Shown in pieces: positions 19,335 through 30,188 of a stretch of 64,000 bases of DNA (the first letter of the stretch is position 1; each line of letters starts with the position of its first letter). The position numbers and the translations under genes are program-made. The notes below the pieces were generated by a model. That model searched no databases and had not been told where the DNA came from. It saw only the letters and a program-made list of their open reading frames with translations. The stretch comes from Lentisphaeria bacterium (GTDB taxonomy: Bacteria; Verrucomicrobiota; Lentisphaeria; JABSQK01; JAWLHB01), in NCBI GenBank assembly GCA_041690595.1, contig JAWLHB010000042.1, positions 1 through 64,000 of the forward strand, read 5' to 3'.

Positions 19335-21551
19335 ATGCCAGTTGTCAAATGTGAAACGCTTCTTCTCACCCTTGATGGCCGCGGGCATGCGACTTCGCTG
19401 CTGCACCGCCAATCGGGATGCGAACTGATGTCCTGCGCCAGCCATCCCGTCGGTCTCTGGGAACTGGGACTGAGCCACCCGGTCAGCTATGACGATCCCT
19501 TGCCTGCCATTCAGATTCCCGACGTGCGGTACGAGGGGCATGAATGGATGGCCAACCGCAACGAATACGATGCCGAGCTGATGTTCGACAGCAGCGAGGT
19601 GGAAGCCCCGGTCATCACCGGCGATGATCATGGCCTCAGCCTGAACTGGGAGATCCCGATCTCCGGCGGCAGCATCTCCCTCTCCATCGCGATCAAGGGG
19701 GGCAACCAGGCAGCGCTCGAGTTCTCTTCCCAAGTCACGGTGCCCGCGGAGTGGATGATCCGGTATTTGGCTTGGCCGCGCCTTCGCGGCTTCGGGGATC
19801 TGGCCGACCCAGAAGGGGACGCGTTGCTCTTTCCCTACAACTTTGGTATCCTGCGGCGAAATCCATTGGAGGAGATGGACACGCATATCGGCCAGTATCC
19901 CGGTGGCGGCCAATGGGGACAGTTCATCAGTTGGATGCATGCCGATTCCGGCCTCTACGTCGGCATTCGCGATGGCGAATCGCATCATACCGGGCTGGAA
20001 GCCGCCTATGTCGAAGGTGCCGCCCCGGCGCCGCACAAGGTCATCCACTGGTACCTCGACCAGGATCTTCCTCCCTGGACGACCGCGAATTCGCCACCTC
20101 TGGCTGAGCGCACGGATCCTGCCATGCAGATCACGGCGCGTCACTGGCCGACGCAGGGCAACTCCTGGAACTCGCCATATCCGGTGGTGCTTCAGGGCTT
20201 TGCCGGCGGCTGGTACGAGGCGGCTGCGATACATCGAGAGTGGGCTCTGAAGCAGCGCTGGTGCCGACTTGGCCCACTGGCGGAGCGGGAGACCCAGACG
20301 GCTGCCGCCGATCTCGACCTTTGGGTTTGCCGCTACGGTTTCCCCCCGTGGGAACTCACCCCGTCGGATGCTTCGGCGATGCTCCGTGCCATGCGGGAGC
20401 TGCGCGACTATTTCGGCCGTCCTTTCGGCGTCCATTGGTACCACTGGCACGCCTTCAACTGGCACCGCAACTACCCCTCTCATGCACCGGTTGTCGAGGG
20501 CTTTGCGGAGGCCGTAAAGGAGTTACAGGAACTCGGCATTGTGATCATGCCGTACTGTCAGGGGCGGCTGCTCTATCGTGATCGCGCCGCCATCGATACG
20601 GAGCGCAGCCACGCGTGCATCGAAGCCAATGGTCAGCCCTATCTCGAAATGTACACGAAGCAGGATGACTGGCCGCTGGCACTCTGTCCCCACGATTCGT
20701 GGAGTCGTCAGCAATGGCACGAAGCGGCGCGGCTGCTCTGGCGGCAGTACGGGGTGGAAGGGGTCTACTATGACCAGATCTCCGCCATGATGCCGTCGCT
20801 CTGCTATCACCGCGCGCATGGCCATGCGCTTGGCGGAGGCAATCAGACATGGCAGGGCTACGATGCGGTTCTGGCGAACCTGGAAACCATGAAAGCGGAA
20901 GATCCGCGTCGATTCCTGGCGAGCGAATGCCTCACCGATGCCTATATGGATCGGCTGGACATGTTCCTCTCCTTCGTCCCTCCACTCGAAGATTACGTGC
21001 CGCTCTGGCCGGCCGTCTACAGCGGCTATACCACCACCATGGGACGAAGCACCCCCGAGTCAATCATGGCCGATCCGCAACTCATGGTCATCTGTCAGGG
21101 GGAACAGCTCCTCTTCGGCGCCCAGCTTGGGTGGATGGATGAGCGTATCCTCAAGTATCCAGAGGCGGCTGCCTTTCTGCGCGAGGCGGCAGATCTTCGA
21201 GGGCAGCTTCGCTCTTTCCTCCAGCACGGTACCCTGCTTGCGCCCCTGACCATCAGCACCCCAGGCGAGCCGCTGACGGTGACCCTTCCCGCTGCTCTGT
21301 GCGGTCGCAAACGCGATCTGGTCGTCAGCCGCCCGCAGGTGGCGCATACTGCCTGGCAGGCGCCCGATGGCCGCCGGCTGCTGCTGCTCCTGAACCAGTC
21401 GCGCGAGGACGTGAACATCAGCATTGACCTGCCGGATGCCTGGCGCACGGGGCCCGCCCGATGGGTGGGGCACGGGGAGGCGCCACCACTGGCCTCTTCC
21501 CTGGAGGTGCATGTGCAGCCGCTCTCGCTCCGTGCCCTGGTCGTAGGCTAA
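19335..21551 (+). CDS. DUF6259-like putative glycoside hydrolase
   Basis: HWYHWH, MPYCQGRL, GVYYDQI, C..H.H..GGG, SEC motifs; no signal peptide. Confidence 0.65.
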   Translation: MPVVKCETLLLTLDGRGHATSLLHRQSGCELMSCASHPVGLWELGLSHPVSYDDPLPAIQIPDVRYEGHEWMANRNEYDAELMFDSSEVEAPVITGDDHGLSLNWEIPISGGSISLSIAIKGGNQAALEFSSQVTVPAEWMIRYLAWPRLRGFGDLADPEGDALLFPYNFGILRRNPLEEMDTHIGQYPGGGQWGQFISWMHADSGLYVGIRDGESHHTGLEAAYVEGAAPAPHKVIHWYLDQDLPPWTTANSPPLAERTDPAMQITARHWPTQGNSWNSPYPVVLQGFAGGWYEAAAIHREWALKQRWCRLGPLAERETQTAAADLDLWVCRYGFPPWELTPSDASAMLRAMRELRDYFGRPFGVHWYHWHAFNWHRNYPSHAPVVEGFAEAVKELQELGIVIMPYCQGRLLYRDRAAIDTERSHACIEANGQPYLEMYTKQDDWPLALCPHDSWSRQQWHEAARLLWRQYGVEGVYYDQISAMMPSLCYHRAHGHALGGGNQTWQGYDAVLANLETMKAEDPRRFLASECLTDAYMDRLDMFLSFVPPLEDYVPLWPAVYSGYTTTMGRSTPESIMADPQLMVICQGEQLLFGAQLGWMDERILKYPEAAAFLREAADLRGQLRSFLQHGTLLAPLTISTPGEPLTVTLPAALCGRKRDLVVSRPQVAHTAWQAPDGRRLLLLLNQSREDVNISIDLPDAWRTGPARWVGHGEAPPLASSLEVHVQPLSLRALVVG

Positions 21552-21666
21552 GTGCGATAGCTTCGTTGGCAGCACGTTTAAATTCAGCTCAAGTTCGGTT
21601 GAAAGAGCGGGGCGTTCAACGTATTTTCAAGAGCACCTACTGCAACCCCCAGCTGGATTTTCTGCC

Positions 21667-24600
21667 ATGAAGTTACGTCACGTGAACCTGTCGCTGCTCC
21701 TGCTTCTATTCTGTGGATGGTCTGCAACAGAGGGCGCCGAGCCGGTGCAGGAATTCACCTTGCGGGAACACTTGGGGCACAACTGGCGCCACGAGCTGGT
21801 GATGCTCCCACTCGATGCGGCGGCATCGGCGCAGGAGGCGCTGCGTCTGGTTGGCCCGGATGGTGAGGAGGTGCCCTGCCAGCGCGTGGATTCGGCTCTC
21901 GCCTTCATAGTCGATCTTCCCACCGATGCGGTGCAGCTCTATCGGCTCTTCGCGGAAGCGCCGACGCGTGCGACTCCCTTCGAGCGCGAAGAGAAGGAGG
22001 GCCGGCTCCGCACCTGGAACAGCTTGACAGGTATCGCCGTACCGACGACGCTCGAAACCGCTCTGCAGGGACCGATCCAGGGGCTGATGATGCAGTCGGG
22101 TGAATGGGTGGGCGCCAGTCAGCTGTCGCTCTCTGAGGAGGTTACGGCGTATCGTCTCGAGACGGTTGCTTCCGGCCCTGTCCTTGTCGAGCTTCTTTCT
22201 ACCTATACTCTCGCCAGCGGGGCCACCTGGCAGCTGCGCCACCGCCTGATCGCCGGCGAACCGGTTGTGCGCATCAGTGAAAGCTGGGCGCCGGTGCCGG
22301 GGGGACACTGGCGTCTGCTACTGCATCCCGAGCTGGAGCCGGACACGATTCTCTGGCGCAACAGCTCGCATCAACTCAAACCGCGAAATGGTATGCTCGC
22401 CCGGCGTCTGGACACCGGCAAGGCTTGGAAACCGGTGACGCTCTACCCCTGGCTCGCCTGGTGGGAAGAGGGTGCCGCCTCCTTTGTCAGTCTTTTTCGT
22501 GCCGGCGCTGGGATTACCTTCCTGGCTGAGGAGGAGGGGCTCAAACGTCTGGTCAAACCTCAGCCGCAGGCGCAGCCACGCCAGGATCCTCCGGCGCTGG
22601 ACGAAAAGCAGAGTCATTCCGCGGACGTGCTCTTCCTCGCGGTGGGGCAGGGGGCTGCCTGGGCCGAACCTGGACAGAATGGCATGCAGCACGCCCTGCC
22701 GCTGCGCACCAATGGCAAGGGAGAGACATGGATCGACCTCGCCTTTGCCGGCCCCGGTCGTGAATGGCTCCTCGGTGCCAGTACCTATGATGGTACCATC
22801 ATGCCCAACACGGAGCTCTCGGATGCGCAGCAGAGCCTGATCCGCCACTTGGAGACACCACTGCAGCAGCTCCTCGACATGACCCTCGCCTGGCCACAGG
22901 ATTTCGAGGCCGGCTCCTTTCCCCGCCTCTTTCTCGATCGCGGCGATATTGCCCGTGTCAAAGCCTTCTATGCCGACCAGCGCCCGGAGATCCAGGATCC
23001 GCGGCAGCGCCTGCTCTGGCAAGCTCTCGTGGACGAGGATACCAAGGCACGCGAGGAGGTGACCGCCAAGGCAATGCTGACGCCGTGGGTCTTCACCGGC
23101 CATGTCGAACATGGAGACCCCGCCGCCGGGACCGCGATTCGGCGTCCTTCGGCGAGCGCCTACAGTCATCACGTGACCATGGGGTTGATCCGCAACCTCA
23201 TCTGGGTGGATGCCGCGCTGGCCTGCGGACTGCTCGACGAACCGCAACGGCGCAAGCTGCAGGCTCGGCTCGCCTTCCTCGCCTACAAGCTGGGGAGCCC
23301 CGATTTCTATGACTTGTCCCGCAACTATCGCGCGAATCCGAACATGACGACGGCGCGGCATGCGGTGGTGGGACTTCTCGGTTGCCTGCTGAAGGATCAT
23401 CCGGAGAGCAAGGCGTGGAATGCGCTGGGCGAAGAGGAGATACGGCGTCAACTCGCGGAATGGGTGGGGCCGAATGGTGGCTGGCTGGAATGCCCCCACT
23501 ACCAGACCATCCTCGCGGATGCGCTCTGCTTCCTGCAGGCCGCCCATCGCATCGGCTATTCGGACCTGGCGCTGGACGAGCGTCTCCTGCGCACGATCAC
23601 CTATCTGGCGAAGATCTCGACACCACCCGATCCACGCTTTGCCAACCGCCGCCACTTTCCTGCCGCCGGCAATACCTATCGATTCGAGACGAGCATGATC
23701 TTCAGCGTGCTGGCCCACCTTCATCATGAGGTGACGCCCCAGGCAGCCAACGACCTTCAGTGGATCTGGCAGGAGCAGGGCAGCCCGATGTATATGGCCA
23801 TCGGCGGTGACAATGTCTACAACACCATCAGCGAATTCGCCGTTGCCCGCTTCGAACCAGATAAGCCGCCGAGTTGGGGGAGCGATGTCTTTCCCACCAC
23901 CGGTACCGTCATGCGCCATGGCTTTCCGGGAGACCGCGAATCGCAGCTCTACATCCTCCACGGCCCCTTCGATCAACACTACGACCATGATCGTGGCGCA
24001 CTCTCCTTCTGGGGGCTGGGCCAGCCGCTCATGCTCGACTGGGGGTATGATGGGCGCATGCCGGCCGACATGCATTCCATGATGGGTGGCGGCAACCGCG
24101 GAAAGGTCGACGCGCACGCCTTTCAGCCTCACCTGGACTACCTGAACCTCGATTTCGGAGCCTGGCGCCGCCAGATCCTCTTCAGCAAGCAGCCGTCGGA
24201 CGAGGCTCCGGTGATGGTGCTCGTGCGCGACACCACGGTTGCCGCTCGCCCGCTGCCGTGGAACGCGTGGTTCTATACCGAGGAGGCCATTCGCCGTGCC
24301 GAGGAGGGGCCGCTGCTTCACATGGTCGGACAGGCCGATGTCGATCTGGATCTCTGGTTCAGTGGAGAGTGGCGCGAGGCCTTCCCGCGCATGACGTGGC
24401 AGGAAGTGGAAAACGAGAAGCCGCCGGCTGCCCCGAAGGCGACCCTGAAGGAGGCGGACAATCTGGCTGCCGATGAGGCGGAGGATTTCCTCGCCGGCAC
24501 CGAGCCGCCACCGCCGCCCCATCTGCGCATGCGGGTTGAATCGGTAAGCGTGGTGGAAGGCTACGCCAATCGCCATGGCTGGAACTATGGCGGCATGCGG

Positions 24601-24933
24601 CAACGGGGTTTGAGCCTGACCGTGCCGCCCGGCAAACCGGTGGCCTGGCTTCTCTATCCGCGTCTGAAGCAAAGCAGCCCACCCAAGGTGACGGAGCTGG
24701 CGGACGGGCAGGCCGTGCGGGTCGAAACCAACGCCGGCACCGACCTGCTCATTCTCGCCACGGAGACGATTACCTTCACGGATGGCCCCTGTCGCTTTGC
24801 CGGTACCGCCGGCGCCGTGAAGATTCGCGGCAACTCCCTGCAGCTCACGCTTGCCGCACCCGGCAGCATCGCCTGGGAAGAGCATGAACTGAGTTCCGAC
24901 TCGCCTGCCACCCGGACGATCGAGCTGCGCTGA
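21667..24933 (+). CDS. Large secreted protein, heparinase II/III-like (polysaccharide lyase-like)
   Basis: Signal peptide; NPNM, GGWLECPHY and HYDHDRGALSFWGLGQPLMLDWGY resemble alginate lyase/Hepar_II_III motifs. Confidence 0.55.
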   Translation: MKLRHVNLSLLLLLFCGWSATEGAEPVQEFTLREHLGHNWRHELVMLPLDAAASAQEALRLVGPDGEEVPCQRVDSALAFIVDLPTDAVQLYRLFAEAPTRATPFEREEKEGRLRTWNSLTGIAVPTTLETALQGPIQGLMMQSGEWVGASQLSLSEEVTAYRLETVASGPVLVELLSTYTLASGATWQLRHRLIAGEPVVRISESWAPVPGGHWRLLLHPELEPDTILWRNSSHQLKPRNGMLARRLDTGKAWKPVTLYPWLAWWEEGAASFVSLFRAGAGITFLAEEEGLKRLVKPQPQAQPRQDPPALDEKQSHSADVLFLAVGQGAAWAEPGQNGMQHALPLRTNGKGETWIDLAFAGPGREWLLGASTYDGTIMPNTELSDAQQSLIRHLETPLQQLLDMTLAWPQDFEAGSFPRLFLDRGDIARVKAFYADQRPEIQDPRQRLLWQALVDEDTKAREEVTAKAMLTPWVFTGHVEHGDPAAGTAIRRPSASAYSHHVTMGLIRNLIWVDAALACGLLDEPQRRKLQARLAFLAYKLGSPDFYDLSRNYRANPNMTTARHAVVGLLGCLLKDHPESKAWNALGEEEIRRQLAEWVGPNGGWLECPHYQTILADALCFLQAAHRIGYSDLALDERLLRTITYLAKISTPPDPRFANRRHFPAAGNTYRFETSMIFSVLAHLHHEVTPQAANDLQWIWQEQGSPMYMAIGGDNVYNTISEFAVARFEPDKPPSWGSDVFPTTGTVMRHGFPGDRESQLYILHGPFDQHYDHDRGALSFWGLGQPLMLDWGYDGRMPADMHSMMGGGNRGKVDAHAFQPHLDYLNLDFGAWRRQILFSKQPSDEAPVMVLVRDTTVAARPLPWNAWFYTEEAIRRAEEGPLLHMVGQADVDLDLWFSGEWREAFPRMTWQEVENEKPPAAPKATLKEADNLAADEAEDFLAGTEPPPPPHLRMRVESVSVVEGYANRHGWNYGGMRQRGLSLTVPPGKPVAWLLYPRLKQSSPPKVTELADGQAVRVETNAGTDLLILATETITFTDGPCRFAGTAGAVKIRGNSLQLTLAAPGSIAWEEHELSSDSPATRTIELR

Positions 24934-24935
24934 GG

Positions 24936-27900
24936 TCAGTCCAACTCGTTGAGCAAGTCGTCGAGGACGGGATCGCTGGTGCCTTCGCCTGGCATGCGCA
25001 GGGCGCCGTCGGCCTTGCCGGTGAAGCGAAGATGACCCCACAGATGGGGGGCAAGCTGGGCTTCCGCGGCAATGTCGGAGAGAATGGCCGTGGCCTGATT
25101 GCTCCAGTAGTGCCGGCCGAGCACCTCCCGCCCCTCGTCTCCGGTTCGCAGGATGCCCCAGTCGAAGCGAAGCATCTGGTCGACAATCGGCCGGAGATTC
25201 AGCTCCGCCAGCGGAATCGCTGCTTCCACACGATAGCCATTCTCAGTCGGGACGACCGCCAGCTTGGCGGTGTCCAGCATGCGGACGCGACTGAAGACGG
25301 TCCGGAAGACCTGGGTCTCGAAGACCATGTCGTCTGCTTTATCAGCATCGGGAATCAAGGCTTCGTAGAGCACCGCCACCGGCTTCCCTTTGAGGCGGGT
25401 CATGAGGAGGCGGATGTCGCCGACACCCGCATGGCGCCGTTCCGGTGACGCAGACGGATTCGTGGCGAGTTGCAGATCGACTGCACCACCGGACTTGAAA
25501 AGGCGGCGCCAATCTTCGCCGCTGTTGGCCAGCGGCCCCATGCCGATCGTCTCGTAGAGCAGGTACAGATTCTTGTCGTCATGGGAGGCGCGGAAGGTGG
25601 CGTTGAAGTCGCGCGCGTCGCCATGCAGCGAAGTGGCGGGCACACCATCCCAGTCATCGGCTTCACCATCGACGCGCACCGCCCGCGGGGCTGCCGGGAC
25701 AATGGCCAGCCGGGCCCGTTCGTAAACGTCCCGAGCCTGCAGCTGCTGCTCCCAGGCCAGTGCCCGCTGGAGATCCTCCTCCGTCACCTCGAAGCTGCCC
25801 GTGAGCCGTTGAAAGCGATCCATGCCGTCGATGCGGAAGACATTGGTGGACATCCAGATGCCGTAGACATTACCGTCGGCCGTCTGAGTGACATCGCCCC
25901 AGAAGTGCTCTTGGCCGGCGGTGAGGTTGCGTAGCTCCATGCCGCGATCATGGGTATCCATGTTCCAGCGGCGGGCGTGAGGATGACGCAGATCGAGGAA
26001 GATGTTCCCGGCCAGCAAGCCATCGCCTGTCCAGATATGCCAGATGCCGGTGTTACTGGTGGTGATCAGGTGTTCCCCGAGACCACCCCTGGTCATGACA
26101 TCGCGGGCAACGATGCTGAATTCGGAGACCACCTGTTCCGGCGTGAGAGGTGAGGCTTTGTAGTAGGCGTGGACGCCGGTTCCCTCGGTGCGATAGCGCC
26201 AGAGAAGCTCCCCCTCCTCCGTATAGACGGCGGCTTCGCCGAAGGAGAAAAGGCGGTTGTCCGGCAGTTGATAGTATTGGCCCCGCGCGGGCAGCGGCAG
26301 TACCAGCTGCTCGTACACGGGAACCCCGCTGGGCAGGACCTCCCGTACGCGCCAGACCATGTTGTCGCCGGTGATGCCAAGTCGATCATCGAAGTTGGTG
26401 AGCGTCCGTACCTGCCGGGGCGAGAACTCGATCTCCTGGGGCTGCACGGCTCCATCGCCATCGAGGTCGGACCACAGGAACTGCAGGTTCGCCAGCGCTT
26501 CGGCGCCGATTTTGACAAGAACATCCGGCTTCTTGAGCGGGGGGAACTGATCCGCGGCCCCCATGGCAGCGGCGAGAATGGCCGTGCCGTCATCGTAGCG
26601 ATAGACAATGCCGACCGGCTGCATGAAGAAGCGGTCGCGGGTGACGAGGTATTTGCGCTCGCCCAGGTAGACGGGCTGCTCGCCGGCCGGCGCATCGCCG
26701 ATGGTGGTGAGATTGCGCAGAGCCGTGCGCCCACTCTCCCAGTTCAGCTCGAACTCCAGAGGGCCGTAGTAGAGGAGCGACTTGTCGCGCGGATCGAGTA
26801 CGCCCCCTCCGCCATAGATCGTCCGGTCGAAATGCTCCGCGACGAAGCTGCCGTCGAGGCGCCAGCGGCTCACCCGCTTGGGGAAATGCTGCTTCTCATT
26901 GACCCATAACTGACCGCTTTGGTCGATGGCCAGATCACTGACGCTTCCCATGCGGGTGGGATCCCAGCCACCGGCCTGGAAGCCGCCGGGGGTGCCGATG
27001 CTGCGCAGGTAGCTCCCTTCCGCGCTGTAGACTCGTACCGTTTGGCGTTCGGGGGCGCCGTCGAAGAGATAGAACTGGCCCGTTGCGTCTATGGCCAGTG
27101 CCTTGGGTGCGATCAGGTCGTCGATGACAACCACATGAGCGCCGTCGGCCAGATCGAGGCGCAGAACCCGGCTGCCCGAGAGCGCGAAAAGCTCGCCGCT
27201 TTCGGCGAAGGCCAGGTCGCTGGCGCCATCGAGAGGCATCTCCCCGACCATCTCGCGCTTCTGCCAGTCGAAGGTCTCCAGGCGCTCCGCGATCAGCGGA
27301 TCGACCGGGGGCTCTCCGCCAAGATGGCGAAGGGCGACAACACCATGGACTGCCGCGCGAGTCGGATCGAGGGTCATGCCGCCACGATCCTCACGGATGC
27401 CATAGAGCCCCTCGCGCCCTTGCGCACGCTCCGTCCACTGCGAAATGATGCGCAGGCGCACGGCACGCGTGGTGATGTCCCGCCCGAAATCGACATACTG
27501 GTCCAGGTACCGGGCATCGGCATTCATCTGCCGGCCGGGGTAGAAATAGCGGCGGGAAGGCTGGAGAGAGGCGACCTCCTCCCAGTTGGCGTCATCGGCA
27601 AGCTGGACGGGATCATCCGCGGTGCCGGTAAAGGAATCGACGCGTACCTCGCGTCCATCCACCTCCTTGATGGCGAGACCGCGCATGGTCTCGGGTGCAG
27701 TCCACTGCATCATGTAGACGGCGGGGGCTTCGGGCGAAATCGGCGTCTCCCGTTGCGCCAGCCAGCTGCCATCGGCCTCGACGGTACCGGAAGAGACGTC
27801 AATTGTGGGTGGTGGGCAGGGGGCATAGCGGCGCCGTAGGATCTTGAGCCCCTCCAGACGACCACTCCAGGCCTTGCGGGCGCTTTCTTCTTCGAGCCCT

Positions 27901-30065
27901 TCGAGAAGTCCTGCAAGCTCTTCGTCACCCCCTTGGTGAAAGGTGATGCGCAGCGCGCGAGTGGTCAGCCCTTCCGGCGCCGGGATGACTGTCCAGCCCT
28001 GGCCTTCACCGGTCGCGAAGCGCTGCCAGTGCTCCTCGTTTTCCGGATCGGGTGGGTAGGGGGCGTCATCCTTCATATAGCTGAACTGAAGGGCGGTGCG
28101 CGGCAGGTCGGGCACGGGCAGGACCAGGCTGCCTATGGGCACGGGGCGATTGCAGGCGAGCACGATATGCTGGCGCGGCTCCCGACCCCGGGTCGTCTCC
28201 AGCCACGTCAGGGCTCCATGCTGCCCCGGTGGCGTGCCGCGCAAGCGGAACAGGCGGACAAAATCGTCGGCCGGATCGTGCTCCTCTTCGTCGCGTTCCT
28301 CTGGGCGGGGATAGCGGGGCCAGGAATTGGCCAGGTCCACATCCCCATCGCTGAAGGCATTGACCAGCCAGCTGTTGGCGTCGCTCTTGACGGCCAGGTA
28401 GAGCTTCTCGCCACGCGCCTCGATTCCCTTGATCCCGCTCCGACGACTGGCGCTGCCGGCACGTGTCAGTATTTCGTTCACCTCCCGTGACGCCAGATCG
28501 ATCTGCCAGATATGATCGGTGCCGTCGCGGAAGGCATGGACGAAGAGCTGCTCCTCGGCGGCGGCCATGCGAGTGGGGCCGGTCCATGCCATGAAGTTGT
28601 GGTGCCCCCAGAGTTTCCGCCCCCGCAGGTCCGCTTCCAGCAGAGCGACGCCCCCTTCCGCGACCTCGGATCCGATGTAGATGCGATCGCCGTAAGCCAG
28701 GACGGCGGCGGATGGGGTATGATCGGCCAGCCAGCCGCCAGTGCCGTTATGTCCCGTCAGCCACGGCGCATTCTCGGGCGAGTGATCGCCGATGTTCGGA
28801 AAAGGGGTCATCTCGTAGTGCAGCGTGAGACCGGGATGCCAGATCCCCCGCCACTGGTAGGTGCCGGGGGCAACGTAGCGGCCATCGTCATCCTTCAGGT
28901 TCCAGGGTTCGGCATTCTCACCGCCATCGCGTTCACGGCGTGCCAGCAGATTTCGCCGAGGTTTACCATCTGGGCCATCGATGACCATTGTGAAAATACC
29001 TTTCTCCGGGAGCGCGTAGGCAAGGCGGAATGGCGGCTTGTCTTGGGAAGGGGGTGTCAGGTCGGGCACTGGGGCATCTCCGAGAGATCGCAGTGCCTGG
29101 AGGCTGGTGATGGTGGCAACTGCTCCTCCAGCGGTGCGGGTAATGAGCACGCGCAGCGCGCGCGTGCGAATTGTCTCCTCGAAGTTGAAGGTAAGGCGCT
29201 GACCTTCCCGGTCATAGGCCTGACGCTTTGGCTCGATGCGGAGTGTACGCCACTCCTTGCCGGTGGCAATGGCGGGATTGAGATTGGCAGGCCCCACGAA
29301 GTGCTGAACGGCCACCTCCTGTCCATTGCCTTCGACGAGGAGCGCATCCAGCTCCTGCTCATCCGGCCAGGAGAGCACGATCCAGCTCGGGGCCACATCG
29401 CTGATCAGCGCCCGATGCAGGATCTTTCCCGTTTTGGGGTCCGGCCCCACATTCTGCCAGTGTAGCTTGCCGGTCACCAGATTGGCGGCAGAGAGCGTAA
29501 AGGGGGCGCTCATGCGAGGCTCGACACGATACTCGCTGTCGGCATTCGCCACCGCCAGCGGCGCCAGGTTAGCCAGTCGCTGCCGGTAAGCGGCGAGGAA
29601 GGGTTCCGTCGGTCGCCCCCCTTTGGAAACGATCATGTCCAGGGAAATCGCCGTCACCATGGTTCGCGGAGGCAGTGGCAGGGTCGGCGTGGTCTGATTG
29701 GGCGGCACGTCCGGAGTCACCCACCGCGGCTCTCCCGCCGGCAGATAGCGCACGGTAGCTCCGGCCACGCGCATGGAGCCGATTGCCAGCGGTCGCGTGA
29801 AGTGTAGTTGGAGGCTGTATCGATAATCGGGCGCCATGCCCGGCCGATTGTGCATGGCGATGCGCCAGGCACGCAACGGCCCGTACTCGCGTGGCCACCC
29901 CAGGATCTCGCGAACGACATCCGCGGGTAGCGGCTCCTCTCCCCCGTCGGCTATCAGGAGGCACTCCTCCCAAGCCATGCTCTCCGGCACGATTGCCGGG
30001 GTGACAACGTCGCGCGCCATGACGCCCGCGGCGAGGAGAAATACGAGGGGAAGGAGTCGAAACAT
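24936..30065 (-). CDS. 1709-aa secreted multidomain protein (discoidin-like repeats, FlgD-Ig-like, NHL-like propeller, CBM9-like C-terminus)
   Basis: Signal peptide; WNLKDDDGRYVAPGTY; GWLADH; LRSIGTPGG; VDGEADDW...DDKNLYL...YRVEAAIPLAEL. Confidence 0.7.
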   Translation of the reverse strand: MFRLLPLVFLLAAGVMARDVVTPAIVPESMAWEECLLIADGGEEPLPADVVREILGWPREYGPLRAWRIAMHNRPGMAPDYRYSLQLHFTRPLAIGSMRVAGATVRYLPAGEPRWVTPDVPPNQTTPTLPLPPRTMVTAISLDMIVSKGGRPTEPFLAAYRQRLANLAPLAVANADSEYRVEPRMSAPFTLSAANLVTGKLHWQNVGPDPKTGKILHRALISDVAPSWIVLSWPDEQELDALLVEGNGQEVAVQHFVGPANLNPAIATGKEWRTLRIEPKRQAYDREGQRLTFNFEETIRTRALRVLITRTAGGAVATITSLQALRSLGDAPVPDLTPPSQDKPPFRLAYALPEKGIFTMVIDGPDGKPRRNLLARRERDGGENAEPWNLKDDDGRYVAPGTYQWRGIWHPGLTLHYEMTPFPNIGDHSPENAPWLTGHNGTGGWLADHTPSAAVLAYGDRIYIGSEVAEGGVALLEADLRGRKLWGHHNFMAWTGPTRMAAAEEQLFVHAFRDGTDHIWQIDLASREVNEILTRAGSASRRSGIKGIEARGEKLYLAVKSDANSWLVNAFSDGDVDLANSWPRYPRPEERDEEEHDPADDFVRLFRLRGTPPGQHGALTWLETTRGREPRQHIVLACNRPVPIGSLVLPVPDLPRTALQFSYMKDDAPYPPDPENEEHWQRFATGEGQGWTVIPAPEGLTTRALRITFHQGGDEELAGLLEGLEEESARKAWSGRLEGLKILRRRYAPCPPPTIDVSSGTVEADGSWLAQRETPISPEAPAVYMMQWTAPETMRGLAIKEVDGREVRVDSFTGTADDPVQLADDANWEEVASLQPSRRYFYPGRQMNADARYLDQYVDFGRDITTRAVRLRIISQWTERAQGREGLYGIREDRGGMTLDPTRAAVHGVVALRHLGGEPPVDPLIAERLETFDWQKREMVGEMPLDGASDLAFAESGELFALSGSRVLRLDLADGAHVVVIDDLIAPKALAIDATGQFYLFDGAPERQTVRVYSAEGSYLRSIGTPGGFQAGGWDPTRMGSVSDLAIDQSGQLWVNEKQHFPKRVSRWRLDGSFVAEHFDRTIYGGGGVLDPRDKSLLYYGPLEFELNWESGRTALRNLTTIGDAPAGEQPVYLGERKYLVTRDRFFMQPVGIVYRYDDGTAILAAAMGAADQFPPLKKPDVLVKIGAEALANLQFLWSDLDGDGAVQPQEIEFSPRQVRTLTNFDDRLGITGDNMVWRVREVLPSGVPVYEQLVLPLPARGQYYQLPDNRLFSFGEAAVYTEEGELLWRYRTEGTGVHAYYKASPLTPEQVVSEFSIVARDVMTRGGLGEHLITTSNTGIWHIWTGDGLLAGNIFLDLRHPHARRWNMDTHDRGMELRNLTAGQEHFWGDVTQTADGNVYGIWMSTNVFRIDGMDRFQRLTGSFEVTEEDLQRALAWEQQLQARDVYERARLAIVPAAPRAVRVDGEADDWDGVPATSLHGDARDFNATFRASHDDKNLYLLYETIGMGPLANSGEDWRRLFKSGGAVDLQLATNPSASPERRHAGVGDIRLLMTRLKGKPVAVLYEALIPDADKADDMVFETQVFRTVFSRVRMLDTAKLAVVPTENGYRVEAAIPLAELNLRPIVDQMLRFDWGILRTGDEGREVLGRHYWSNQATAILSDIAAEAQLAPHLWGHLRFTGKADGALRMPGEGTSDPVLDDLLNELD

Positions 30066-30188
30066 GGCAGGCTCGTCTCATGGAGGTGAATGTACGGTAT
30101 GTAAGGCGAGCATACACTACCACTCTTTCCGAGAATGCTCCAGCGGGCGGCTCTCTGATCGCCAGGCGATACCGCGGCCTGAACCGAC

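Noticed and set aside
22318..25041. 907-aa - strand ORF
   Set aside because: Antisense to the 1088-aa signal-peptide gene; shadow-like composition.
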